Shown: in pieces, positions 55,685 to 64,000 of the stretch
How the letters are laid out: each line of letters opens with the position of its first letter
How positions within the stretch are numbered: the first letter of the stretch is position 1
NCBI GenBank assembly: GCA_041649255.1
Contig: JBAZNK010000004.1
Span: 28,647 to 92,646 of the forward strand
Length of the DNA: 64,000 nucleotides
Reading direction: 5' to 3'
Origin: a bacterium
GTDB lineage: Bacteria > Hydrothermota > UBA3073 > JACQXS01 > JAQTXJ01
Program-made: the position numbers and the translations under genes
The notes under the pieces: model-generated
Databases searched by the model: none
Told to the model about the DNA's origin: nothing
The model's input: the letters and a program-made list of their open reading frames with translations, nothing else

Positions 55685-56098
55685 ATGGTAGATAAATTAA
55701 CGGTAACTAATTCTGTTAATACAAAGAGACCAATCACACCCGTATCAGGTGGAATATCTGATAGTAAATCAGGGCAGATACAAGGGGCAGGTTCAACCAG
55801 TTTTGCCGAACTGTTAAGAGAAAAAGGGATTCAACTTTCAAATCATGCCAACACGAGAATACAGTCCAGAAATATTCCAACCAGCACAGAGAATGTTTCG
55901 AGACTGCAGTCTGCAATAGACAAAGCCAGTGCCAAGGGTGCAAAAGAATGCCTTGTTCTTATGGACAACACTGCATATTTGGTCGCTCTAAAACATTTGC
56001 CTGACGGGAAAGCAAGTCAGACAGTAGTTACTGTTATAAGTAAAGATGAGCTTCAACAGCGCATTTTTACTTCTATAGATTCGGTTGTAATTGCTTGA
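55685..56098 (+). CDS. Flagellar operon protein (TIGR02530-like ORF conserved between flgD and flgE)
   Basis: 137 aa; the call is positional and by size, in the known flgD-X-flgE arrangement of Firmicutes and spirochaetes. Confidence 0.45.
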   Translation: MVDKLTVTNSVNTKRPITPVSGGISDSKSGQIQGAGSTSFAELLREKGIQLSNHANTRIQSRNIPTSTENVSRLQSAIDKASAKGAKECLVLMDNTAYLVALKHLPDGKASQTVVTVISKDELQQRIFTSIDSVVIA

Positions 56099-56217
56099 GG
56101 CCGGACCTTGCCATAGTGGCAAGGAAGCCTCTTTATGTCGCTGAATGACTGATGCGGCATACTTTCCGCCCGAAAGGCGGAAAGTCTCGCCAAGGCGGGA
56201 CAAGGAGGAGGGGGAAA

Positions 56218-58263
56218 ATGATAGGATCATTATATACAGGAGCGAGTGGGCTTAGAGCTCATCTCCTGAGACTTGACGTAGTTAGTAACAATCTTGCAAA
56301 TGTTAACACAATTGGTTTTAAGGCAGGCAGAACGACTTTTGAAGAAGCTTTATCACGTTTCATATCTTCCGCTCGCAGGGCTGATGACGATATGGGAGGT
56401 ATAAACCCGGCTCAAATCGGGACAGGTGTTAATGTTTCTTCTATTGATAATATCTTTACACAGGGGGGATTATCCTCTACGGGTGTAACTACTGACCTTG
56501 CTATACAGGGAAATGGATTTTTTACGGTAAAGGATAATTCCGGCGCAAATTATTATACAAGAGCCGGTATGTTCAGACTTGATTCTTTAGGACATTTAGT
56601 AACCCCGGATGGTCTCAGACTTCAGGGTAAAATGGCAGACAGCGAAGGGACTATCGCATCCGGAACAAGCATAGAAGACCTGATACTTCCACTCGGTGTA
56701 AAAGTTCCTGCAAAAGCAACGACAGAAGCGAAATTTACTTGCAACCTTAATATGGCAGAGAATCCATTAGAGACAATTCTAAATTCACAAAGAATGTTGG
56801 GAGATGCTATATCCACAGACGCATTAAGTGGACTCACTGACGGTTCAGGTTCAAGAATGACTTTAGACGCCAATGATAACGTAACATTCACAGTCGGGGC
56901 ATCATCGACCATTTTATCTTATGACATAAGCAGTGACGGAGCAGCTTCAGACAACAAGTTTCATACATTAGCCGGGCTTGCGGCAGAACTACAAAGCTTT
57001 GTGACAGGGTTAGCGGGACACGCTGCAGATACCGTAACAGTGGTTGCTGGGACAGGAGCCGGGGCACAAACCCAGATAAGATGGGCCAATAGCGCCGGAG
57101 CAACAGCTACGTTTGATTCTAATAATGCAGTATTAAAGGATATGTTTTCTTCATATAGCGGAACAGTATTAGCCGGGAATATAGATTCGGATAATTTCTT
57201 ACATAACGCAACCGGTGCGGACAGACTTGAGGACTTATATTCGTCATCAGGGACAAATTTAGGGTTAACAGCCGGTGACACTTTGATATTTTCAGGAACA
57301 AATGGAACTAGCGCAGTAAATACGACACATGCGATGATTGCAGCAGATACCTTAGATACTTTATGCGGTTGGTTAGAGACAGATTTTTCAATAGCAACCG
57401 GGGAAGCAAAAATGGATTCTGACGGCAAACTTGTAATTGAAGGAGATAAAGGGACAGCCAATGCATTAACAGCATCCATCACAGAAGCAGGTAATACGAT
57501 ATTTAACGGTTCAATGGGACTCGCGGAATCGCAAGCAGCGACAGACATAACACATTCAACATCATTCTCGGTTTATGATTCACTTGGCGTAACTCACACG
57601 GTAACAGTAAAGTTCCAGAAAGATGAAATAACATCAAATTTATGGCATTGGACTACAACTCTTGATAGAGGAACAATATTAAACGGAGGAAGCGGGGATG
57701 TAAGTTTCAATAGCGATGGCAGTTTAGCATCTTTTGGATATACAGGAGGCGTAAGTGCGTTTTCGTTCGATCCTGAAGATGGTGCTACAAATCCGGTAAA
57801 TATTGATTTTAATGCAGGTACAATAAATGCATTCGACGGGATAACTCAGTTATCAGGGGCAACTACAACAATTATGTCTCACCAGAACGGTTATGCAATG
57901 GGAAGATTGTCAACCATAGCAGTAAATGGTAACGGAGAAATTACAGGTAGTTTCACAAATGGTATAACGAGAACATTAGCTGAGGTATCGCTTGCAACAT
58001 TCACTAATCCTGCCGGATTAAAGAAAGCGGGTAATTCGTTATGGCAGGAGGATGTAAACTCAGGGACAGCAGTTCTTGGAAAAGCAGGAACAACTTTACC
58101 TGATACAAGCATATCCGCAGGATATCTTGAGCAATCCAATGTAGACATGGCAAATGAATTTATAGAAATGATTATCGCACAGAGGGGATTCCAAGCAAAT
58201 TCAAAAACCATAGCATTGGGAGACCAAATGCTGGCAGAATTAGCGGCATTAAAACGAATATAG
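56218..58263 (+). CDS. flgE: Flagellar hook protein FlgE (large, 682 aa)
   Basis: Start MIGSLYTGASGLRAH... after AGGAGGAGGGGG RBS (the track ORF start 56152 reads through an upstream hairpin region); conserved C-terminus (GYLEQSNVDMANEFIEMIIAQRGFQANSKTI). Confidence 0.85.
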   Translation: MIGSLYTGASGLRAHLLRLDVVSNNLANVNTIGFKAGRTTFEEALSRFISSARRADDDMGGINPAQIGTGVNVSSIDNIFTQGGLSSTGVTTDLAIQGNGFFTVKDNSGANYYTRAGMFRLDSLGHLVTPDGLRLQGKMADSEGTIASGTSIEDLILPLGVKVPAKATTEAKFTCNLNMAENPLETILNSQRMLGDAISTDALSGLTDGSGSRMTLDANDNVTFTVGASSTILSYDISSDGAASDNKFHTLAGLAAELQSFVTGLAGHAADTVTVVAGTGAGAQTQIRWANSAGATATFDSNNAVLKDMFSSYSGTVLAGNIDSDNFLHNATGADRLEDLYSSSGTNLGLTAGDTLIFSGTNGTSAVNTTHAMIAADTLDTLCGWLETDFSIATGEAKMDSDGKLVIEGDKGTANALTASITEAGNTIFNGSMGLAESQAATDITHSTSFSVYDSLGVTHTVTVKFQKDEITSNLWHWTTTLDRGTILNGGSGDVSFNSDGSLASFGYTGGVSAFSFDPEDGATNPVNIDFNAGTINAFDGITQLSGATTTIMSHQNGYAMGRLSTIAVNGNGEITGSFTNGITRTLAEVSLATFTNPAGLKKAGNSLWQEDVNSGTAVLGKAGTTLPDTSISAGYLEQSNVDMANEFIEMIIAQRGFQANSKTIALGDQMLAELAALKRI

Positions 58264-58353
58264 GAATAAGTAGAGAGCAGTAAGTTAAGGTAGAGAGTTA
58301 ATTATTCCGCTTCAGGCGGATAAGAGTTAAGTCCGTCTGAAGCGGATAAGAAT

Positions 58354-59139
58354 ATGGATATAACAACGATTGCAGGCGTAGCGATAGGGTTTTACCTATT
58401 ATTCACTGCTATATTGCAGGGAGGATCGGCCAAAATTTTTATTGATATTCCTGCAATAATGATTACCGGAGGCGGTACACTTGCAGCCGTGCTTATTAAT
58501 TACCAATTTACGGATGTTATCAGGATACTCAAAGTTACTGCAAAAGCTTTTATACATAAACCTATTGCACCCGTAAAAACAATTAATCTTTTATTAGAGA
58601 TGAGTAAAAAAGCTCGTAGAGACGGGTTTATTGCACTTGAAGAAGATTTAAAAAAAGTTGAAGATAAATTTTTAAGGGTTGCCCTCAGGTGTGTAGTTGA
58701 CGGCAGCCCGCTTGACAGGACTCAGAAACTATTAGAAACAGAAGTAGAGAATTTAGAGTTAAGACATAGCAAAGGGATAGGAATATTTAAAGCCGGGGGG
58801 AAATTTGCGCCGGCTTTTGGGTTACTTGGAACGTTAATCGGGCTGGTTCAAATTGGACGAGTCGTAAACGAGCCATCTGCAATTGTTTCAAGCATAGCAG
58901 TAGCATTTGTGTCGACTTTTTACGGAGTAATACTTTCGAATTTAATTTTTCTCCCCATAGCAGGTAAATTAGATGGATTAACGCAAGAGGAGACATTAGA
59001 GAAGAGGCTTATAATAGAAGGAATTCTATCAATACAGTCCGGAGAACCGACACTTGTAATAGAAGACCAATTAATAGCATTTTTGCCTCCGGAAGAAAGA
59101 GAAAAAAGAATAAAAATAAAAATGGAAGAGGAAGAGTAA
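58354..59139 (+). CDS. motA: Flagellar motor stator protein MotA (no motB follows)
   Basis: 261 aa; MotA/TolQ/ExbB channel motifs (AFGLLGTLIGLVQIG; ILSNLIFLPIAGKL). Confidence 0.8.
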   Translation: MDITTIAGVAIGFYLLFTAILQGGSAKIFIDIPAIMITGGGTLAAVLINYQFTDVIRILKVTAKAFIHKPIAPVKTINLLLEMSKKARRDGFIALEEDLKKVEDKFLRVALRCVVDGSPLDRTQKLLETEVENLELRHSKGIGIFKAGGKFAPAFGLLGTLIGLVQIGRVVNEPSAIVSSIAVAFVSTFYGVILSNLIFLPIAGKLDGLTQEETLEKRLIIEGILSIQSGEPTLVIEDQLIAFLPPEEREKRIKIKMEEEE

Positions 59140-59159
59140 AGAAGGCAGGCACGTAAAAA

Positions 59160-60122
59160 ATGGAAGAAAGAATATTGTCTCAGGAAGAAATTTCCACTTT
59201 GTTAAAAACCGTTCCTAAAAGTAATGAAGATACTCCTTCTAAAGAAAAAAAGATAGAAGAATACGACATCAAGAGATATGTAGGAATTACAAGGGAACAT
59301 TTCCCGATATTTAAAGAAATTAATGAATATTTCGACTTTCTTTTTGAACAATCGGTTGCCACGAGAACGGGAAACTTCATCAATATGATAACTTCTGAGC
59401 CGGAAATCAGCACTCTTGGTGAATTCATTTCTTCGGCATCCAATCCCACTTATATCATTATGTTCAAACTTGACCCTGCGGTTGGCGATGTGTATATGGA
59501 TATTTCGCCTTCGTTTGTACACTCGCTTGTAGATATGGAATTTGGAGGAACCGGCAGAATCAATAAAAATCCACCTGACATCACCATAATTGAACGTGCA
59601 GCTATGCCTAAAATTGCCAGAGCATTACTTGGTGAACTTGAAAAAGCATGGGGAAAATATGTTGCAGTATCTTCAAAAATAGTATCCCAGCAAACCAATC
59701 CATTAACTATAGCTCCACCGGAATCTGTAGTTCCAATTCTCAGTATTTCTTTTACCTTAACAATTGACGATATTCCTATGTCTCTACGAATTGCTTATTC
59801 TTCGGAAATCGCAAGGGCTCTTGCTGCCGAGGTTATAACTCACGAGCGTGTAACGAGAAAAACAGCCAATGCTGAGCTCCAGGAAAAAATCAAGCAGATA
59901 TTAATGCATGCAAGAGTAAATGTTTATGCTGAGCTTGGACGTTCAGGCATTTTTGTTTCTGATTTATTAGAATTGAAAGCAGGTGATATAATCCCTTTAA
60001 ACCTTCATACAGACAGTGAAATAATTGTTTACGTGGAAGATAAAAAGAAGTGGTTTGCCAAAGCAGGCGTTTATAAAATGAGAATGGCATCTAAAATTAC
60101 GCGTCCATACAAAAGGAGGTAA
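59160..60122 (+). CDS. fliM: Flagellar motor switch protein FliM
   Basis: 320 aa; N-terminal LSQEEISTLL CheY-P-binding-like motif, FliM middle domain, C-terminal FliN-like domain. Confidence 0.8.
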   Translation: MEERILSQEEISTLLKTVPKSNEDTPSKEKKIEEYDIKRYVGITREHFPIFKEINEYFDFLFEQSVATRTGNFINMITSEPEISTLGEFISSASNPTYIIMFKLDPAVGDVYMDISPSFVHSLVDMEFGGTGRINKNPPDITIIERAAMPKIARALLGELEKAWGKYVAVSSKIVSQQTNPLTIAPPESVVPILSISFTLTIDDIPMSLRIAYSSEIARALAAEVITHERVTRKTANAELQEKIKQILMHARVNVYAELGRSGIFVSDLLELKAGDIIPLNLHTDSEIIVYVEDKKKWFAKAGVYKMRMASKITRPYKRR

Positions 60123-60126
60123 AAAA

Positions 60127-60516
60127 ATGTGTCCAAAAGAAGATAATGTTCAGGAAGATAAACTTGCCGTATCGCCGGAAAAGAAAGTAACTGCGAAAAA
60201 GGCAAAGTTTGAAGAAGTTACCCCTGAAGAGAATATGCCCCCCAAAGTATCTAACATTGAGGGCATTTTAGACGTTCCGATGGAAGTTTCCGTAAGACTT
60301 GGGAAAACAACTCTTTCCATACAGGAACTTTTGAATACCGGGCCCGGTTCAATTGTAGAACTGGATAGTATTGCTGGTGGAACAGTAGATATTCTTATTA
60401 ACAACAGAATATTCGCCAGGGGTGAAATTATAGTTATTGAAGAAAGATTTGGAGTTCGTATAACAGCTCTTATAAACCCGGAAGAAAGAATTCAACAATT
60501 GGGAAAACAAGCATGA
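60127..60516 (+). CDS. fliN: Flagellar motor switch protein FliN
   Basis: 129 aa; SpoA/FliN domain (VPMEVSVRLGKTTLSIQELLNTGPGSIVELDSIAGGTVDILINNRIFARGEIIVI). Confidence 0.8.
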   Translation: MCPKEDNVQEDKLAVSPEKKVTAKKAKFEEVTPEENMPPKVSNIEGILDVPMEVSVRLGKTTLSIQELLNTGPGSIVELDSIAGGTVDILINNRIFARGEIIVIEERFGVRITALINPEERIQQLGKQA

Positions 60517-60541
60517 TAAAAACGAGAAGTGAGAGAAAAAG

Positions 60542-61108
60542 ATGAATAACTTAATATTTTTTTTATTAAACCAGTCCGCCTCAGGCGGAACTGACAGGCA
60601 AATGATAAGCGATTCTTCTGCTGCACCCGTATATAAAACTTTACTTGTCCCGACAAATGCAGCAGGTTCATTTTCCAGCATGATTTTTAGAGCCATTGGG
60701 AGTCTTATTGTTGTAATTGCCATAATGTTTGTAATTATATGGCTTCTGCGTAAATTTTCCAGCAAAAATGGATTATTGGGAAAAAGTGGGGGCGAAAAAA
60801 TTATTAATGTAATTGCTAAATCCGCACTTAACTCAAAGCAGGCTATTTATGTAGTTGAGGTTCCGGAACGGATACTTATATTAGGAGTAAGCGGCGACAA
60901 TATAAATATATTATCAGAAATAAAAGAGCCCTCTACAATAAAATCTCTTAAAGAAGGCTCAAAAGAAGGTATATTTGCCCAATACTTAAAGGGATTTACT
61001 TTAAGAGGCAGATCCGCTCCCAATGTGAAAAACAATGCATCGCAGTTGACCGATAAAGAGGCAACATCAGACAGAAGGGATAAACGTGGGTCCGGGTTAT
61101 TGGGATAA
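60542..61108 (+). CDS. fliO: Flagellar biosynthesis protein FliO/FliZ
   Basis: 188 aa; single TM (LIVVIAIMFVIIWLL) followed by a FliO-like region; immediately upstream of fliP. Confidence 0.6.
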   Translation: MNNLIFFLLNQSASGGTDRQMISDSSAAPVYKTLLVPTNAAGSFSSMIFRAIGSLIVVIAIMFVIIWLLRKFSSKNGLLGKSGGEKIINVIAKSALNSKQAIYVVEVPERILILGVSGDNINILSEIKEPSTIKSLKEGSKEGIFAQYLKGFTLRGRSAPNVKNNASQLTDKEATSDRRDKRGSGLLG

Positions 61109-61110
61109 AA

Positions 61111-61875
61111 ATGAAGAAACTACTATTAAAAATACAGAACAAGATTCTTTCCTATCCTCATTATCCGTATATATTAACACCTGTTTTATTTATTTTTTTA
61201 CTGTTCATAGCACAACCGCTTTTAGCGGCGAAAACGGTTAGTTTTGATACGCTAACTCCACCAATACAAATTGCGATAGCATTAACGCTTATCCCGTTGA
61301 TTCCTTTTTTACTTTTAACACTCACTTCTTTCACTCGCATAATCATTGTTTTTTCAATGCTTAGAAACGCATTAACGACTCGTTCAGTTCCTCCGAACCA
61401 GGTATTAATAGCGCTTGCATTATTTATGACTTTTTACATAATGAGACCTACTTTTGAAACAATATATAACGATGCGATTAGTCCTTATATTAACAAAGAC
61501 ATCTCTTCGAAAGAAGCAATAGAGAAAGGTATCGCACCTCTCCGCACTTTTATGTTAAAGCAGGTGAGGGAAGAGGATTTAGCTTTATTCGTTCATTTTT
61601 CGGAAGGGAAGAAGCCAACAACCGTAGCCGAAATTCCATTTACTACAATTATGCCGGCTTTTATTACTTCCGAATTAAGAATTTCATTTGAAATGGGATT
61701 TTTAATATACTTACCTTTTTTAATCATAGATTTAGTTTTAGCATCAATATTATTATCTATGGGGATGTTTATGGTTCCGCCTATGATGATTTCAGCACCT
61801 TTAAAATTATTATTATTCATTCTTGTTAACGGTTGGGATTTAATCGTAAAATCTTTAATTACGAGTTTTAGATAA
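61111..61875 (+). CDS. fliP: Flagellar export apparatus protein FliP
   Basis: 254 aa; signal/TM plus conserved FliP motifs (RIIIVFSMLRNALTT; PFLIIDLVLASILLSMGMFMVPP). Confidence 0.9.
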   Translation: MKKLLLKIQNKILSYPHYPYILTPVLFIFLLFIAQPLLAAKTVSFDTLTPPIQIAIALTLIPLIPFLLLTLTSFTRIIIVFSMLRNALTTRSVPPNQVLIALALFMTFYIMRPTFETIYNDAISPYINKDISSKEAIEKGIAPLRTFMLKQVREEDLALFVHFSEGKKPTTVAEIPFTTIMPAFITSELRISFEMGFLIYLPFLIIDLVLASILLSMGMFMVPPMMISAPLKLLLFILVNGWDLIVKSLITSFR

Positions 61876-61877
61876 CT

Positions 61878-62147
61878 ATGGATCAAGGAATGGCAATTTC
61901 TATTTTTAAGGATACTTTAATAACAACGCTTGTTTTATCTTTACCAATGTTGCTTGCAGGATTGGTAATAGGCGTTCTTATATCTATTTTTCAGGCTGTT
62001 ACTGCAATAAAAGAAATGACATTATCTTTTGTACCTAAGATTCTGGCAGTGGGCGCCGTAATGTATTTTACTTTACCGTGGATGCTAACAAAGATGGTAG
62101 AATTTACAGCAAGAATGTTTGCCCAGATGGAACATCTAGTTAAATAA
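61878..62147 (+). CDS. fliQ: Flagellar export apparatus protein FliQ
   Basis: 89 aa, two TM helices; typical FliQ sequence. Confidence 0.85.
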   Translation: MDQGMAISIFKDTLITTLVLSLPMLLAGLVIGVLISIFQAVTAIKEMTLSFVPKILAVGAVMYFTLPWMLTKMVEFTARMFAQMEHLVK

Positions 62148-62149
62148 CT

Positions 62150-62908
62150 ATGATACTAGAGCTAACTCTTATGAAAGGCATTTTTATATTTTTCAGGACT
62201 CTTGGAGTTATTATTACTTCTCCTATTCTTGGCGATAGGGGTTTTCCTGCCACTGCAAAAATAGCGCTTGCCCTATCAATTGCTTTTTTACTTACGCCGG
62301 TTCTCAATATAGAAGTGCCGAATCCTGATTCTATTATTACATTAATTCTTATTATCTCAAGAGAAATATTAATAGGCGTAGCTATTGGTTCGGTAGTACT
62401 TTTCATTTTTATGGGCGTGCAATTAGCAGGTTCCATTATGGGTTTCCAGATGGGAATGTGGTTAGCCGAAATGGTTGATCCTACTTTTGGGATAGAGATA
62501 CCTGTTATTGCTCAATTTAATTATTTATTTGCCATTATGATTTTTATTTGTGTAAACGGGCATCTTATCGTTTTAAACGCGGTAAGGCAAACTTTCAAAT
62601 TGCTACCTCTCGGGACTTTTTCGTTAAGCAATTCTTTTATGGAACAATTTGTTGCGACGGGAAGCAGCATTTTTAGAGTAGGTTTTGAAATAGGGGCACC
62701 GATTATTGGTGTTTTGTTATTAATCTCTATTGCCCTTGGTCTTATTTCCCGTGCTATTCCTGAATTTGACGTTCTTATGGCTTCAATTCCACTTACCATT
62801 GGCGTCGGGTTATGGCTTATGGCAGCATCTCTACCTTACATAGCCGTAACCGTTATAAAGATGATTAATAAATTAGAACCAACCATATATAATCTATTCA
62901 GACCTTAA
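62150..62908 (+). CDS. fliR: Flagellar export apparatus protein FliR
   Basis: 252 aa polytopic membrane protein following fliQ; FliR-like. Confidence 0.85.
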   Translation: MILELTLMKGIFIFFRTLGVIITSPILGDRGFPATAKIALALSIAFLLTPVLNIEVPNPDSIITLILIISREILIGVAIGSVVLFIFMGVQLAGSIMGFQMGMWLAEMVDPTFGIEIPVIAQFNYLFAIMIFICVNGHLIVLNAVRQTFKLLPLGTFSLSNSFMEQFVATGSSIFRVGFEIGAPIIGVLLLISIALGLISRAIPEFDVLMASIPLTIGVGLWLMAASLPYIAVTVIKMINKLEPTIYNLFRP

Positions 62909-62999
62909 AATATGAAAAGCATAACGATTAATAAAGAGTCCGGAGTTAAATATTGGACAAACAATTATCCCGTCAGGACGGGAATGAAGGAAACAAATT

Positions 63000-64000
63000 A
63001 TGGACGAAGATAGGACACTGCCGGCGACCGGGATGCGTCGCGGGAAAGAAAGACAAAAAGGAAATGTCCCCAGAAGCTCAGAAGCGAGTACTGTTTTGCT
63101 TTTAATAGTTAGCTTATTTTTATTTCCTGTTATTGGAGGAAAACTTGCAGGTGGTATTACTAACATAACGAAATATTTTTTCGGTAGTGGGATGCTTATG
63201 TCTATCAATGAAAAAACTACTTTATCTATAATTGCTTTTTCCATTAAGAATTTATTACCTTTCCTTATTCCTTTTTTTGCCATTCTTATTGTCGTTGATA
63301 TCCTTGGTTCTATTATTCTTGGTGGATGGGTATATGCACCTGAAGCGCTTGCTGTTAAGTGGGGAGCCATAAATCCAGCACAGGGAGCCAAAAACTTATT
63401 TAGCCCAAGTGCTTACTTTACTTTACTTAAGTCTCTGTTAAAATTAACTCTCATTGGAACCGTTATTTTTGTTGGGATAAAAGGAATCATAGCTCCAATG
63501 TTAGCGCTTACTAATTCTTCTGCTGAAGCCCAGTCAAGTTTTTTAGTTGCAACTATATTCAAGTTACTTCTTAATACTATTCTTGTATTTTTAGTTATCG
63601 CAGTATCAGATTATATTTTCCAGAAATGGACTTATGAAAAAAGTATACGGATGACTTCCCAGGAAGTAAAAGAGGAGACAAGACAAACAGAAGGGCCTCC
63701 TGAGATCAGAAGCAGGATTAGAGCAAAGCAACGAGAGTTATCAAGACGAAGAATGATGCGAGAGGTTCCAAAGGCAACCGTTATTATAACAAACCCAACA
63801 GAACTTGCCATTGCCATAAGATATGAACAGCCTAAAGATTCGGCACCGGTTATAGTTGCAAAAGGAGGCGGAGATGTAGCCAAGAAAATCAGAGAAATTG
63901 CAAACAAACATAACATTCCTATTGTTGAAAACAAGCCTCTTGCGAGGTTATTATTTACTACCTGTGATATAGACGATCAAATTCCGGTTAAATTATACCA
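63000..64000 (+). CDS. flhB: Flagellar export apparatus protein FlhB (partial, C-terminus beyond the window)
   Basis: Start MDEDRTLPATGMRRGKERQKGNVPRSSE...; four TM region; conserved EVKEETRQTEGPPEIRSRIRAKQRE and ...PTELAIAIRYEQ (NPTH-like autocleavage region reads NPTE). Not in the ORF track because no stop falls within the window. Confidence 0.8.
   Translation, partial: MDEDRTLPATGMRRGKERQKGNVPRSSEASTVLLLIVSLFLFPVIGGKLAGGITNITKYFFGSGMLMSINEKTTLSIIAFSIKNLLPFLIPFFAILIVVDILGSIILGGWVYAPEALAVKWGAINPAQGAKNLFSPSAYFTLLKSLLKLTLIGTVIFVGIKGIIAPMLALTNSSAEAQSSFLVATIFKLLLNTILVFLVIAVSDYIFQKWTYEKSIRMTSQEVKEETRQTEGPPEIRSRIRAKQRELSRRRMMREVPKATVIITNPTELAIAIRYEQPKDSAPVIVAKGGGDVAKKIREIANKHNIPIVENKPLARLLFTTCDIDDQIPVKLY

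Noticed and set aside
56152-56217. Upstream extension of flgE in the ORF track (MRHTFRPKGGKSRQGG...)
   Set aside because: The extension runs through GC-rich hairpins. The real start is at 56218 (MIGSLYTGASGL...), which is preceded by a strong RBS.

Overview
This is an AT-rich (~33% GC) bacterial contig, likely a diderm with sigma-54/sigma-28 flagellar control. All calls are from reading the sequence and ORF track; no database search was run.

The window has three parts:

(1) 1-7.5 kb, minus-strand housekeeping genes: cysS, a class I/II aminotransferase, a cyclophilin PPIase with a TonB_C-like tail, a lipoprotein, an M42 peptidase, a PtsN-like EIIA and an isolated rplC.

(2) 7.6-11.7 kb, late flagellar genes on the minus strand: flagellin with a sigma-28-like promoter, fliS, fliD and two tandem paralogous 64-aa ORFs.

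(3) 11.9-41.8 kb, a ~30 kb co-directional accessory island between flagellin and the main flagellar operon. It encodes three recombining GmaR-like GT2+TPR glycosyltransferases, GT1/GT4/GT9/CgeB-like glycosyltransferases, a 1375-aa triple-GT+TPR protein, a GT-methyltransferase fusion, three TPR/Zn-ribbon SAM-methyltransferases and a radical-SAM-methyltransferase fusion. It also encodes a 1657-aa protein with two B12-binding radical-SAM domains plus a third SPASM-type radical-SAM domain. I interpret the island as a previously undescribed flagellin (or surface-protein) modification system built on radical-SAM and methyltransferase chemistry.

Downstream are two sigma-54 activators separated by a CA-only, repeat-bearing regulatory region. 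One is an NtrC-like response regulator with a frameshifted HTH; the other is a PspF-like minimal activator. Two near-identical sigma-54 promoters follow. They drive a Firmicute/spirochaete-style fla operon: flgB flgC fliE fliF fliG fliH fliI fliJ ylxF-like fliK flgD TIGR02530-like flgE motA fliM fliN fliO fliP fliQ fliR and a partial flhB.

Other observations: an 831-aa FliK with 117-bp tandem repeats, no motB/fliL/che genes in the window, a GxxExxY gene flanked by inverted CACAGAA repeats, families of GC-rich mini-palindromes, and a probable A7 homopolymer frameshift at the start of a secreted-protein gene at the left edge.
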